From the IMG/VR virus record IMGVR_UViG_3300011008_002712: a stretch of 64,000 nt of DNA; one strand, 5' to 3'. The DNA comes from a virus (Duplodnaviria > Caudoviricetes). Positions 9,281-19,844 of this stretch are shown one piece after another; position 1 is the stretch's first letter, and each line of letters starts with the position of its first letter. The notes beneath the pieces were generated by a model, which saw only the letters and a list, made by a program, of their open reading frames with translations, was not told where the DNA came from and did not search any database. A program made the translations under genes and the position numbers.

Positions 9281-9664
9281 ATGAATAGAGATGTTGAAAA
9301 TTTATTTCATATCTATGCGATTAAAAATGATACAAACAATGAATTTTTATATGTAGGGTGTACAACACAACCAATAGGGACAAGATTGTATCAGCACTGC
9401 AGAAGGGTTTCTTCAGCCGTTCATGATGCTATAGAATCATACGGTGAAGAGAATATTTCAATCATACTTTTGAATGATTACTATGGAAACATAGAAGAAG
9501 CTCATTTTATAGAAGAAGAATATACGAAAATGCTTAATGAAGATAAAAAACTATTTAACAAACGCTTTGGAGATGCTCATACTGAATATACAAAAGCAAA
9601 ACTTAAAAAACCAAGAAAAAGAAGCCATGGCGTTAGTGTTTTAATGAAGTATGCGAGTGAATAA
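9281..9664 (+). CDS. GIY-YIG endonuclease with NUMOD3-like tail
   Basis: HIYAI..LYVG..R..QH..E..N motifs; HTEYTKAKL. Confidence 0.75.
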   Translation: MNRDVENLFHIYAIKNDTNNEFLYVGCTTQPIGTRLYQHCRRVSSAVHDAIESYGEENISIILLNDYYGNIEEAHFIEEEYTKMLNEDKKLFNKRFGDAHTEYTKAKLKKPRKRSHGVSVLMKYASE

Positions 9665-9667
9665 AAT

Positions 9668-9874
9668 ATGTACATTATATATGGAAAAACTAAAAACGAA
9701 AGATTTAAAGCTATAAATTTAGCTACACAAGATACAGTAAATGAAGTATCTAATGCTTCATTGTTTGACGAAACAGAAGAAAATGAAAATGTTTTACAAG
9801 AAATAGTGCAAGAATTATCTCAATTGAATAAAAATTGGAGATTTGAAATTAGAAGGTTGGGTGTTAGAAAATGA
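9668..9874 (+). CDS. hypothetical protein
   Basis: Operon-packed ORF. Confidence 0.65.
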   Translation: MYIIYGKTKNERFKAINLATQDTVNEVSNASLFDETEENENVLQEIVQELSQLNKNWRFEIRRLGVRK

Positions 9875-10143
9875 ATGAACAGATGAAAGAAAACGATATC
9901 CTAAACATATTTGAAGAGTTAGTATTTGAATTTAAAAAAGCAGGAATAGACGAAGATAAATTACATAAACATACCGAATGTTTTTCTAATTTATTTGAGA
10001 AACTCGAAGATTTTTTATACGGGAATCCGATGAATTTTTCTCCTCAAATGTTTCAAAATAATTGGAAAGAAATGTTAAGAAAAGATTTAGAAGAAAAACA
10101 CTGGACGTTGGAAAATGATCAGCGAATGAAGGACATAATTTAG
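9871..10143 (+). CDS. hypothetical protein
   Basis: ATGA overlap with previous ORF. Confidence 0.65.
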   Translation: MNEQMKENDILNIFEELVFEFKKAGIDEDKLHKHTECFSNLFEKLEDFLYGNPMNFSPQMFQNNWKEMLRKDLEEKHWTLENDQRMKDII

Positions 10144-10240
10144 AATTTTTTCGAAAAAGATGTAAATAACATGTATGACGAAATTTCAAAAAAATATGAA
10201 GACGTTTTGAAAGAAATACAACAAAAGGTATCGCCGTCAT

Positions 10241-10645
10241 CTAAGAAATGATTTCTTCACAAAAACCATCTTTTGTTGTGTAATATATTTTTTTGATTCC
10301 AGTAACTTTAATGAGAGCCATGCAGGATGGACACGGCCTGCACATTGCAAGATTTCCTTTTTTATCTTCTCTATATACATAAATTGAGCATCCATCCAAT
10401 TCTGTCGTTCCAGTATGTATAATTGCTGAAATCTCAGCATGTATAAAATGATTACAATTTTCTTTCATTTTAGGATTAAATTTATTGTATTGCATTTGCA
10501 TAGGATGTGATTTATGTAAATTTGTTCCTCCTCCTATTACAGTATTTTTATGCACAACAACAGCGCCTATATATACTCTTGGATGACTAGATTGTTTAGA
10601 CATATCTCTAGCAAATTTAAAAAATTTAAAATGTTTCTTTTCCAT
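10241..10645 (-). CDS. zinc-dependent cytidine/dCMP deaminase-family protein
   Basis: GAVVV, HAE and PCPSC motifs. Confidence 0.85.
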   Translation of the reverse strand: MEKKHFKFFKFARDMSKQSSHPRVYIGAVVVHKNTVIGGGTNLHKSHPMQMQYNKFNPKMKENCNHFIHAEISAIIHTGTTELDGCSIYVYREDKKGNLAMCRPCPSCMALIKVTGIKKIYYTTKDGFCEEIIS

Positions 10646-10718
10646 AATTTATTTTATTTATAACCCCAAAAAAATAAATGTTGAAAATAACGTTTACAAA
10701 AAAGCGAGGTGTAACATT

Positions 10719-10919
10719 ATGAAAAAAGAACAAACAGTATGTCATAATTGTCATGGCAATATGACATTACATCACAACGAAAAAAAACAATATACTATCA
10801 ATGGTAAAGACATTCAAATTGATGGGTTAGACATTTTCCGTTGTGATACATGTGGTGAAGAAATGATGTCTGCTGATGATGCAAAAAAAGTCATGCAACA
10901 ACTATCAACTTCTATTTAA
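10719..10919 (+). CDS. YgiT/MqsA-type zinc-finger protein (no HTH)
   Basis: CHNC...I.IDGL...CDTCGEE; GAGGTG RBS; terminator follows. Confidence 0.75.
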   Translation: MKKEQTVCHNCHGNMTLHHNEKKQYTINGKDIQIDGLDIFRCDTCGEEMMSADDAKKVMQQLSTSI

Positions 10920-11021
10920 ATCATAATGTTTTTTTGGAGACATTCAGTCTCCATTTTTTATGCAAAAAACTATTTACATTGTTGAAATTTTGTGTTACAA
11001 TAAAATAAAAACAATAGGAGA

Positions 11022-11246
11022 TTGATTATGACGTTTTCTACATGTAAAAAAAATGATTATAAAAAAAATAGTAATATCCCTCTTCCGTGTTCTATTCATA
11101 AATGTAAAAGATGTCATGCATTAGATGTTGTTCCATTTTCAATTTTGGAAGATGAACAATCTCGTTTGCTAATAACATTAAAATGCAGAACATGCAGAAA
11201 ACTTTATGTTACATATTATGAAAACTATCTTGAAAAAATAAAATAA
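11022..11246 (+). CDS. small Cys-rich (Zn-binding) protein
   Basis: CKRC and CRTC; promoter at 10973..11001. Confidence 0.6.
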   Translation: MIMTFSTCKKNDYKKNSNIPLPCSIHKCKRCHALDVVPFSILEDEQSRLLITLKCRTCRKLYVTYYENYLEKIK

Positions 11247-11303
11247 GTTTTATGTTCACGTTTCTATTCTAAAATAAATTAAAAATTAGAAAGGGATAGA
11301 AAC

Positions 11304-11573
11304 GTGAGTGTAGAAGATAATTTTACTGTGTTTGATGATACAAAAGTATTTATTCAAAGTGGAATGTCTTGTCATAGTTTATCTCCAGAATTTGATGAGA
11401 TTTCTTCTGACAGTATTACAATATATGACAATAAAAAAGAAAAAACTAACAAAGAACTAATTAATGATTTAATTTCTAAGTATTTACGGGATCTATTAAA
11501 TGATGACAAACAAATCAACGAAAAAGTAAAAGCTGTTATAGAACTTTCACAATTATTAAAAAATTTTAATTAG
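11304..11573 (+). CDS. hypothetical protein
   Basis: RBS and GTG start. Confidence 0.6.
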   Translation: MSVEDNFTVFDDTKVFIQSGMSCHSLSPEFDEISSDSITIYDNKKEKTNKELINDLISKYLRDLLNDDKQINEKVKAVIELSQLLKNFN

Positions 11574-11605
11574 GCTGGCGTTTGCTAGCTTAATTTTGTT
11601 TAGAG

Positions 11606-12388
11606 GTGAAAATATTGTATCTCAACAATATATCTGATGAATTAGAACTTCAACCAAATTCTTTAGTAAAAATAGAAGAAATCAATCAATTTCATAATGA
11701 TCTAAAAAAATATGTTGATTCTAGTGAGCAATATTTGATATATTTAGAAAATGATTTTATTGTAAAAAATTTCAATATGATCAACAATTTATCAATTATA
11801 AGATTTTACGATCATATTTTAATTAGCATTTATGAAACATATTCTGGATATTTAGATTTAAAGAAAAAAGAGCTTTATATCTATGATTTTTATTCTAATG
11901 AAGAATTATTTCAAGATTCAATCAATTTAACATTAAAATCTATTGACATAAAAATTAATCAGTTAAAAACTAAAGTCAAATATTCGAATTTCATTTTATG
12001 TATGGATCCAATTTCTTTTCTAATTAAAGGCAAAGAAAGCATATCAGAAAAAATATCCGCAATTAAAATTTGGAAGCGATATAAAAAGAATTTATCAACA
12101 ACATTAAATTATGATGTTCAAACTATTCTTGAATTAAAGACTCAAAAAGAAAAGATAGATTTATTTTGGAGACAATGTTTTAAAGATAGACTGAAAATAA
12201 TTAATGAACTCGAAAAACATTGTATAGACATCAATTTAAATTTCAGATTTGTAACTAGAGATTTTTTAGAAAAACGAGATGTACCGTTGTTGACAACAAA
12301 AGGTACTGTTGAACGTTATATATCTGCTAATAAAAACAAAAAATTTCAATTCAGTACAACAGATAATGGAAAAGAGACGATGCAATGA
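11606..12388 (+). CDS. hypothetical protein
   Basis: 260-aa ORF. Confidence 0.7.
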   Translation: MKILYLNNISDELELQPNSLVKIEEINQFHNDLKKYVDSSEQYLIYLENDFIVKNFNMINNLSIIRFYDHILISIYETYSGYLDLKKKELYIYDFYSNEELFQDSINLTLKSIDIKINQLKTKVKYSNFILCMDPISFLIKGKESISEKISAIKIWKRYKKNLSTTLNYDVQTILELKTQKEKIDLFWRQCFKDRLKIINELEKHCIDINLNFRFVTRDFLEKRDVPLLTTKGTVERYISANKNKKFQFSTTDNGKETMQ

Positions 12389-12425
12389 CCGTCTCTTTTT
12401 TAAATGGAGGATTTATTCAAAATTT

Positions 12426-12725
12426 TTACTTATTGGCCTCAATTACTGCTGTCTTAAAGGCAGTTGCTGCCTTGAATCCAGGAACAGTCTTTGCCGGAAT
12501 ATTGATTGTTTCACCATTAGAAGGATTACGTCCAGTCCTTGCTGCACGCTTCTTAGGCTCAAATGTACCAAGTCCGGCAATAGCAACCTTTTCTCCACCA
12601 GCTACAAGATTTGTAATAACATTGACAATTGACTTGAGCAATACATCAGCTGTCTTTGCGTTTACATCTACCTCATTAGCCTTAAGTTCTTCTACTACCT
12701 TTGCAATTAGTTCTTGTTTAGTCAT
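12426..12725 (-). CDS. hup: HU-family DNA-binding protein
   Basis: MTKQELI...GLGTF..K.RAARTGRNP.NGE.I.IPA..VPGFK; AGGAG RBS before ATG 12725. Confidence 0.95.
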   Translation of the reverse strand: MTKQELIAKVVEELKANEVDVNAKTADVLLKSIVNVITNLVAGGEKVAIAGLGTFEPKKRAARTGRNPSNGETINIPAKTVPGFKAATAFKTAVIEANK

Positions 12726-12852
12726 GTTTGTTAACTCCTTTTTGATTTTTTTGTCTGATGCCTGATGAAAGTGCATCAGGCAAATAATTTTGTCAAATCT
12801 ATAGTAGCAAACGTTTTGTCGTTTGTTACTATCTTTTTCTAAGAAATGCAAG

Positions 12853-14079
12853 TTAATCTTCTAATTTTAATGATTTTTTATCTGTATCAAGATACTGAAG
12901 GTTTAAAAATTCCTCTTTAGTATATAGATTATATAAATGTTTTGTATGATGTTGAAAAACTACATCACCAGATTCATAATAATCTAATTTATTTTCTAAA
13001 GCCAGTTTTGCTTGTTCACTTATATATTGACCAAAATTCGCCGGTACGCCTTGAGCCATAGCTTGTCCAACTGGGATAGAACATGTTCCATGAAAGCTAT
13101 ATTCATCTGGATAATTCATAATTCTTGCCATTTCTCTTAGATTTAATAATCTATCTTGATGAGGATGAATATATTCTGTAACGGAAGTAAAACTTGGAAA
13201 TTGTTTGTTTTCATCTAATTTAAATGGAGATTTATCCCAATAATTTTGGTTATTAGAAATTTTGTCTATAATACGAAGAAGTTCTTTATAGTGTTTTGTG
13301 TTTTCTAATCTAGACATAATTTCTTGTTTATAATTTCCAGCTATACATTGTTTTGCCAATCCGGACATTAACGAATATCCAGTAAGACAATATTTATAAG
13401 TATCTTTGATATCATTGCATGTTTTGCTGAAAAAATCTTCTGTGTTGTCTGAATAAATATCTTGAAGAGTATCTTTTACAGTAACAACAGAACATTTGTT
13501 TTGTTTGACTTTTGGTATTTTTTCAAAAACATCTCTATTCCATCCGACTACTAATGTACGCAAACGCTTCATAGCAACATTATGATTTCCAGCATAATCT
13601 CTAATAATAGTAAACCTGAATTGCTCTCCTAGTTCATTCATCAAGTCTTTCAAAATTGGAAAACCAAGTTTTATAAGTGTTGGAGCGTTTTCTATCACAA
13701 AAACTTTTGGTTTCACAATTTTAAACATTTTAAAAAGACGATAAAAATGAATATTATTTGCGCCATTAACAGAAGCATTACGATTAATTTGAGAAAGGCT
13801 AGAACATGGGCAATTTGCACACATTAAATCTATATCTCCTAAAGAAGATAAATATGCTTCATTTTCCCATTCACTTGGTAAAATAACTGGAATGGATGAA
13901 TTTTTCATAAAATAGAAAGCATTTTGTTCTGGTTGTGAGTCTGAAATTTCTAAGATTCTATCTAAATTGAATCCAGCTTTCATTGTCCCAATAGAAAAAC
14001 TGCCAGCAAAAATAAAAGCATTAATTGCTTTAAGTTTAGTTTTTGGATTTAAATTGTCTATCATGTTAATCACCTGCAT
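12853..14079 (-). CDS. C5 cytosine DNA methyltransferase
   Basis: Catalytic PC (NCPCSSLS), ENA, R.R and RE.AR.M.YPD motifs; motif I is divergent (FIFAGS). Confidence 0.85.
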   Translation of the reverse strand: MQVINMIDNLNPKTKLKAINAFIFAGSFSIGTMKAGFNLDRILEISDSQPEQNAFYFMKNSSIPVILPSEWENEAYLSSLGDIDLMCANCPCSSLSQINRNASVNGANNIHFYRLFKMFKIVKPKVFVIENAPTLIKLGFPILKDLMNELGEQFRFTIIRDYAGNHNVAMKRLRTLVVGWNRDVFEKIPKVKQNKCSVVTVKDTLQDIYSDNTEDFFSKTCNDIKDTYKYCLTGYSLMSGLAKQCIAGNYKQEIMSRLENTKHYKELLRIIDKISNNQNYWDKSPFKLDENKQFPSFTSVTEYIHPHQDRLLNLREMARIMNYPDEYSFHGTCSIPVGQAMAQGVPANFGQYISEQAKLALENKLDYYESGDVVFQHHTKHLYNLYTKEEFLNLQYLDTDKKSLKLED

Positions 14080-14205
14080 TTATTTTATGATAAATGCAAG
14101 TTTTTATTTTTCTTTTTTTCAGAGTAAAAATCACTAAACAAGAACATTTTATTAAAAGATTTGATATAATAGAATAAAGATTGTGTTTTTAGTGAGGAGC
14201 TTCGT

Positions 14206-14550
14206 ATGAAATGGAAAATTTTAAAAACATGGGTAATTCCAACAAGCGAAGAATGGTACAAACAAATAAAAATAGAAATAATTGATGCATATAAACCTTA
14301 TTTGATGTTAAGAGCATTTTACAGCGAAACAATGTTCGGACACGATATCATTGTCTATTTTTATAAAGACAATGCAGAATTTTATGTAAATGACACATTG
14401 ATTGATACATCTTCTGTGTTTTCTTATAGAAAATGCATAAATAAAAACAAATCATTATTTGGTGAATTTTTAAAAGTAAATTTATACCGCTACTACAAAA
14501 AAAGCTTTCATGTCTATAAAAAGAAATGTGTAGTCTTGGAAGGGCTATGA
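14206..14550 (+). CDS. hypothetical protein, GL-terminal group
   Basis: GAGGAG RBS; ends VVLEGL. Confidence 0.75.
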   Translation: MKWKILKTWVIPTSEEWYKQIKIEIIDAYKPYLMLRAFYSETMFGHDIIVYFYKDNAEFYVNDTLIDTSSVFSYRKCINKNKSLFGEFLKVNLYRYYKKSFHVYKKKCVVLEGL

Positions 14551-14793
14551 AAAGTGATTATATTTTAAGTAACGAGTTTTATAAAGAATATAGGTAGATA
14601 CGAAGCATGATTGATTTTGATAAATTTTTTGAAAATAATGAGAAAAATATTATGGATATCGCTTCTTAAAATGGACATCATTTAGTTGATGGAACACTTA
14701 CAATTAATAGAAACGATCCATGGATGTTTGATCATAAAGGAAAAAATGATGAACATATAAAACATTCTGTTTGTTTTAACAAGGAGTAGTGCA

Positions 14794-15462
14794 ATGAGAT
14801 TGAAGAAAAAAGCTGGAGAACTTAGTATTTTTGAAAAAGAGATTAGAAATCCCGGAGAACATTTACAAGAAGCAATTAAAGACATAAAAAGTAAAAAATT
14901 GTCTTTAGATGAAGCAAAGCCAATTATTGATGATGCTATTGAAAAAGACATAGAAATGAATAGAGAAGATGTGGTTGAATATTTTGGAATCTATAGTGAC
15001 ATATATAAAGATTGTTATGGAATAAGACCAAGATATGATTTTACACAAGACTATTACCATTCTATCTATGATTTTATGGTATTACAAAACAAAACATCGT
15101 GCAATTATACAGATTATTCATCTTTAGACTTTGAAAACTTATATGATGAAGATGACGATGAATATGAAATGTATGATGAAACAAACAATGAATCAGATTT
15201 TATTGATGAAGATGAAGAATTTGATAAACTTCCACTTCAACAATCACATCACAAAAGAGCAAATGAAATGAGAAAACGTTTAAAAAAGACTGCAGGAAAA
15301 ATGTATGAAATCAAGTGCGAAGCTACAGTGTCAAACAATTACTTCATTGAAGATGCAAAGTCCAAAGAAGAAGCTGGAGCTTTGGCATTGAATTTATTCA
15401 AAAAAGATTTAGATGCTACATACTTTAGAGCTAAAGATTTAAAAGTTGTCGCATGGAGTTAA
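14794..15462 (+). CDS. acidic hypothetical protein with two RLKK-x-AG motifs
   Basis: AAGGAG RBS; contains YSDIYKDCYGIRPR. Confidence 0.75.
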   Translation: MRLKKKAGELSIFEKEIRNPGEHLQEAIKDIKSKKLSLDEAKPIIDDAIEKDIEMNREDVVEYFGIYSDIYKDCYGIRPRYDFTQDYYHSIYDFMVLQNKTSCNYTDYSSLDFENLYDEDDDEYEMYDETNNESDFIDEDEEFDKLPLQQSHHKRANEMRKRLKKTAGKMYEIKCEATVSNNYFIEDAKSKEEAGALALNLFKKDLDATYFRAKDLKVVAWS

Positions 15463-15511
15463 AAGAGGAGACAGATTTTTCTGTCTCCGATTTTATAAAA
15501 GAGAGGTTTAT

Positions 15512-16006
15512 ATGAATTTAATTAAACGGCGATTAAAAATGTCTAAAGTTCCCAATGTATCATATCCAAGTTTTTCTGACCAAGAAGTTTTAGACATTAT
15601 ACAAAATGCCGGTTATACTAAGTATTTTACTGATAAGTATACACGAACAAATACAGGAACTGGAATAGAACAGGGGTATCATGGTTTTTGGACTAAACAA
15701 GTGGCTGGTCCGGGAGTGGAACATCCAATAATTTTTTATAACGAACTTTATCCATTTACCGAAGGTGAGAATGTGGACAGTCTCTTAGTATCTTGGAGAT
15801 ATGATACAAATGATAATTTAATTGAAGATCCATGTGTTACACAATTTGAGGGCATTCGTCCGAGGAATTTAATGAATACCATTAGAAACGGAGCTCAATT
15901 AAATAATGGATATAATGTAATTGGTGAATTTAATTCTTATGATAAAGCGAAGCAGTCTGTTCAAGACGATATAAAATTGTTACACAAAAACATAAACAAT
16001 GTATAA
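15512..16006 (+). CDS. hypothetical protein
   Basis: GAGG RBS before ATG 15512. Confidence 0.75.
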   Translation: MNLIKRRLKMSKVPNVSYPSFSDQEVLDIIQNAGYTKYFTDKYTRTNTGTGIEQGYHGFWTKQVAGPGVEHPIIFYNELYPFTEGENVDSLLVSWRYDTNDNLIEDPCVTQFEGIRPRNLMNTIRNGAQLNNGYNVIGEFNSYDKAKQSVQDDIKLLHKNINNV

Positions 16007-16086
16007 TAAAAATTAAAAAAGCTATTTACATTTATGTTATTATGTGTTATAATATTTCTAGTAAATAATATTGGAGGTAATATGTC

Positions 16087-16458
16087 ATGTACAATGGAAA
16101 TGTTTTGAATAAAAAAGGTCAAAAAATAACAAAACAAATTTCTTTTGCTTCGCAAAATGCAAAAAGTATTGGCATATTAGTCAATCCTGAAAAAGAAGAT
16201 TTGTTTGCCAATTTTGTATTTGGATTTGATAGAGGTAAAATCAATGGTATTGTTGAATATGTTGAATGGAAAATGACGCTTGAAGATATGCTAAAAAAAT
16301 ATGAATATGTTATTTACATGCATTGTTTGTATAACCAAACAGACTATGACGTATCGCATCAATTTAGAAATGGACGCGTTGTCGATGTAACATTTTCAAT
16401 TCCAAACAATGAATTTGGAAACGAAGATTATAACCCGTTGTTATTTGATTTATTGTAA
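16087..16458 (+). CDS. hypothetical protein
   Basis: Promoter at 16025..16053, GGAGG RBS. Confidence 0.75.
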   Translation: MYNGNVLNKKGQKITKQISFASQNAKSIGILVNPEKEDLFANFVFGFDRGKINGIVEYVEWKMTLEDMLKKYEYVIYMHCLYNQTDYDVSHQFRNGRVVDVTFSIPNNEFGNEDYNPLLFDLL

Positions 16459-16541
16459 TAATTGTCACGTTTTTCATTCTTAGTGAAAGTTTTACTTTTA
16501 GTAATTTTGACCAAATGCTTGTACCTATGTGGTACTAATTT

Positions 16542-17114
16542 TTGTATATATTAAGGAGAATCATGAAACATCTCATTAAAGCAAAAGATATTCGTCATTT
16601 AGTTTTTGGTAGTCCATCAATTCAACTTGGAGACAACACCATATCAATCAATGAAGTGTCTAAAGCAATATTTGAAAATGACGAGATCAGACAATTGTTA
16701 ACAGAAAAACAATACAAAAAAGTATGTTTACAAGTACAAAATGCAAAAGCTGATTATGCAAATTATGGATATTATGGTACTGAAGGCAATGAAACATTTT
16801 ATGCAATAGAATTTTACAAATTTGAAACAGATGATAAAAGCAACGATTTTTTATTTATCATCGTTGCTAAACCATTTACTTGTGAATTTTGTGGTGGCGA
16901 AGAATCTGACGATGTTATTGTAGATTATAATGGACAAATTGAAAGTGATTATTTCTTTGGAAGTTATACGGCGTTTATATCTAAAAATGTAGTCGTGGTT
17001 AATGGAAAAATGATAAAATTAATTAAAAACATTCCTATTGGTACCAAACCAGAAGAATTTTATGCTTTATATATGAAAGGAAAACAGAATGTACAGTTGG
17101 AATATCATGTTTAA
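16542..17114 (+). CDS. hypothetical protein
   Basis: AAGGAG RBS favours the internal start MKHLIK. Confidence 0.75.
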   Translation: MYILRRIMKHLIKAKDIRHLVFGSPSIQLGDNTISINEVSKAIFENDEIRQLLTEKQYKKVCLQVQNAKADYANYGYYGTEGNETFYAIEFYKFETDDKSNDFLFIIVAKPFTCEFCGGEESDDVIVDYNGQIESDYFFGSYTAFISKNVVVVNGKMIKLIKNIPIGTKPEEFYALYMKGKQNVQLEYHV

Positions 17115-18342
17115 TTATTTAATGAATATTAAACATGAATACAGTAAAAATTTTAATGATTTTGATACTGCTTCATTTAAAGGCATGTGTGAAAAAACTG
17201 GTCGTGATCAGTTTCTGCTAGATACATATATTACAGAATACAAAATTCCTCAAGGAAGACTAGTCCTTGTTAAATATAATCTTCTTAATGGCATGAAAGA
17301 TATTTATATAAATCAAAATTCTATTTATCGTGAAGGGAGAAGTCTTGTCATAAACATCGACACAGATGAAATTGTTCTTTGTCCTTTTAGGAAATTTTTT
17401 AATATTGATGAGATTCCCGAAACAAGCATGAGTGTCGTAATAGGAAAAATACAAAATTCTGATTTGGTAGAATTCAGCAATAAACTTGATGGTAGTTTTC
17501 AGCAGTTTCGTTGGTATAAAGATTCCATCGTATATTCTGGTTCATCTGCTTTGGATATTGATTTGTCACCTCAATTAAAAATGGGAGTAGATATTTTCAA
17601 ATCAGACTCCAATTATATGAAATTGTGCAAAGATAATCCAGATTACACATTTATATTTGAATGTATTTTAACGTCAGATCCTCATATCGTTAATTATGAT
17701 AATGATTCTTTGAGACTTATAGGCGCAAGAAATGTATTTAATGGAAAGATTTTATTCTACAAAGATATCATAAACCTTGCTGAGAAGTATCATCTTCCTC
17801 ATACTACGATAGAATCTACTACACTTGACAGAATTATATCTCAAAAAAGCAAATTCAAATCAAATGAAAAAGAAGGCTGGGTTATCAATGTAGTCAATAA
17901 CAATGAATCTACATTGTATAAATTCAAATGTGACGATTATGTAGTCCTTCACCATGTATTAGAAGCAATGTCTTCTCATAATACTATTATTAAAGTCATG
18001 GCTGATGGAAAATATGATGATATTATATCTCAAATTCCAGCTGAACATAAACAACGTGTTGAAGATATAGCCGACAAATTGCGTTATTTTATGATTATGA
18101 AAATTAACATCATTAATTTTTATTTCAATAAAATCAAAAACATAGAAGACAGAAAAGAATTTGCTCTCGCTGCAAAAAGAGATGTTCCAAAAGAATTTGT
18201 CAAATATATGTTTATGCGTAGAATGGGACAAGACATTCAATTGCTTAAAAAACAATTCAAGGATCAAATTCAATATATTAAAATGTCAGAAGTTGAAAAC
18301 TTCATTGAAAAAAACGAAGCTCTCTATAAATCTCTTACCTAA
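17089..18342 (+). CDS. T4 Rnl1-like RNA ligase
   Basis: PF.KFFN, motif I KLDGS, FE, motif IV EGWV, motif V KFK...Y. Confidence 0.9.
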   Translation: MYSWNIMFNYLMNIKHEYSKNFNDFDTASFKGMCEKTGRDQFLLDTYITEYKIPQGRLVLVKYNLLNGMKDIYINQNSIYREGRSLVINIDTDEIVLCPFRKFFNIDEIPETSMSVVIGKIQNSDLVEFSNKLDGSFQQFRWYKDSIVYSGSSALDIDLSPQLKMGVDIFKSDSNYMKLCKDNPDYTFIFECILTSDPHIVNYDNDSLRLIGARNVFNGKILFYKDIINLAEKYHLPHTTIESTTLDRIISQKSKFKSNEKEGWVINVVNNNESTLYKFKCDDYVVLHHVLEAMSSHNTIIKVMADGKYDDIISQIPAEHKQRVEDIADKLRYFMIMKINIINFYFNKIKNIEDRKEFALAAKRDVPKEFVKYMFMRRMGQDIQLLKKQFKDQIQYIKMSEVENFIEKNEALYKSLT

Positions 18343-18442
18343 GACTAAACCGCAATGGATTGTTATTCTGTTGCGGTTTAATTTTAAGATGTAAAATATA
18401 CATAAAAAATGACTCTCACACAAACAAGAGTCATGTAAAATG

Positions 18443-18706
18443 TTACAATTGACTGTATTCAAACCCATAATATGATTTTTTGAATACGCCGATTATTCTT
18501 CCAACTATAGGATTATTAGAAAAATAATGATCATTTTTTTTGAATATCGCATGCGGTTTATCAAATTGATAAATATATGTAGTTCCATTTATAGAAGACA
18601 AAATTTCATCTAAATCAATGTATACTCTCAATAGATTTGTAGAAGATGAAGGATAAAAAATGGATACGTTTTTTCTTTTATCAGAAATAAGATACATTAA
18701 TATCAC
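18443..18706 (-). CDS. hypothetical protein
   Basis: GAGGTG upstream. Confidence 0.5.
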   Translation of the reverse strand: MILMYLISDKRKNVSIFYPSSSTNLLRVYIDLDEILSSINGTTYIYQFDKPHAIFKKNDHYFSNNPIVGRIIGVFKKSYYGFEYSQL

Positions 18707-18843
18707 CTCATTTATAGATAAAATAATTTCACTAACATATCATAATTTGAAAAATGACGACAAATAATTCTTATTTTTATGAATTAAAAAATGCTATGTA
18801 CTAATAAAATAGAATTTGTTATAATTATTACGGAGGTATTATT

Positions 18844-19083
18844 ATGAAAATAACACAAGTATTATGTGGCTGTTTACAAATAGAACATCGGCCGTGGGAA
18901 ATATTTTCGCCAATGCCAATTTACATAGCTGGCGATACTTGCAACACTAAAATAGAAATAGATTTGAGAGAAATGAAGCCAGTAGAATCAAGCAATATAA
19001 ATAAAGAAATTTTAGAAAATGACATGGTAAAGAAATATATAAACAAATGGATTGAAGAACATGTTATTGGTGTTGGATTATGA
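18844..19083 (+). CDS. hypothetical protein, GL-terminal group
   Basis: Promoter plus GGAGG RBS; ends IGVGL. Confidence 0.75.
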   Translation: MKITQVLCGCLQIEHRPWEIFSPMPIYIAGDTCNTKIEIDLREMKPVESSNINKEILENDMVKKYINKWIEEHVIGVGL

Positions 19084-19346
19084 AAACATCTTATAGCGGA
19101 TTGTTGCAACAAGATAAAAATGTGACAATATTAACATGCAATATTACAATATATGATGAAACATATAAGATGTTTATCATGTATAAAAGAAAATCTGATT
19201 CTGGAAGAACGAGAAAAATAATATACGGAAAAACAAAAAATATGTTTCAAGAATTATCACGATATAAAGATATTTCTAAACCATTAAAAAATTTCCTAAA
19301 AGAAAACGATATATTGTTAAATGAAATAAGAATAAATGGATTATGA
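19080..19346 (+). CDS. hypothetical protein, GL-terminal group
   Basis: ATGA overlap; ends IRINGL. Confidence 0.7.
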   Translation: MKTSYSGLLQQDKNVTILTCNITIYDETYKMFIMYKRKSDSGRTRKIIYGKTKNMFQELSRYKDISKPLKNFLKENDILLNEIRINGL

Positions 19347-19609
19347 GAATCACGAAGACATATATAAGAAAAAATTTTGAATTCTTAAAAATAGAACTAG
19401 AATTTCCAAAACAATCTTATAACATTGTTGAATTAAGATGCACATATTTTAAAGAAAAAATGTATCAAATTCATTTTTATATGTGGTTAGATGGGTATGA
19501 ACAAACTATCAAAGAAAATATAAGAAATAAAAAATTAGCAAACAATTTGTGCTTAGCGATAAAAGAAAATGACATGATGAAAATAGTCGTGTTAGAAAGG
19601 GGTTTGTGA
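19343..19609 (+). CDS. hypothetical protein, GL-terminal group
   Basis: ATGA overlap; ends VLERGL. Confidence 0.7.
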   Translation: MRITKTYIRKNFEFLKIELEFPKQSYNIVELRCTYFKEKMYQIHFYMWLDGYEQTIKENIRNKKLANNLCLAIKENDMMKIVVLERGL

Positions 19610-19830
19610 TGGTCATATACTACATGTCTGTAAAGGATTTTGAAGAAAAAATATGGAAAACTCAGGGAGTAAGAATAAGAACTGGCATAGACTTAAAATC
19701 TAAAATTATAGCACATGAATCTGTATTCAAAAGAGTCAAAGATGCTGTGACTGTTGACGATTTTAAAAAATTTTTGTACAGACATATAAAAGTATTGCAA
19801 AATAAACGAATTCAAAAAATAAGCAATTGA
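19606..19830 (+). CDS. hypothetical protein
   Basis: GTGA overlap. Confidence 0.6.
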   Translation: MMVIYYMSVKDFEEKIWKTQGVRIRTGIDLKSKIIAHESVFKRVKDAVTVDDFKKFLYRHIKVLQNKRIQKISN

Positions 19831-19844
19831 AAGTTGGACAGTAA

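Noticed and set aside
10241-10645. TadA acting on the A34 tRNA-like gene
   Set aside because: Only generic deaminase motifs are visible; substrate cannot be assigned.
12309-12765. Plus-strand ORFs opposite HU (likewise antisense ORFs in 33803..34853, 50218..50856, 55752..56944)
   Set aside because: Shadow frames of well-supported genes.
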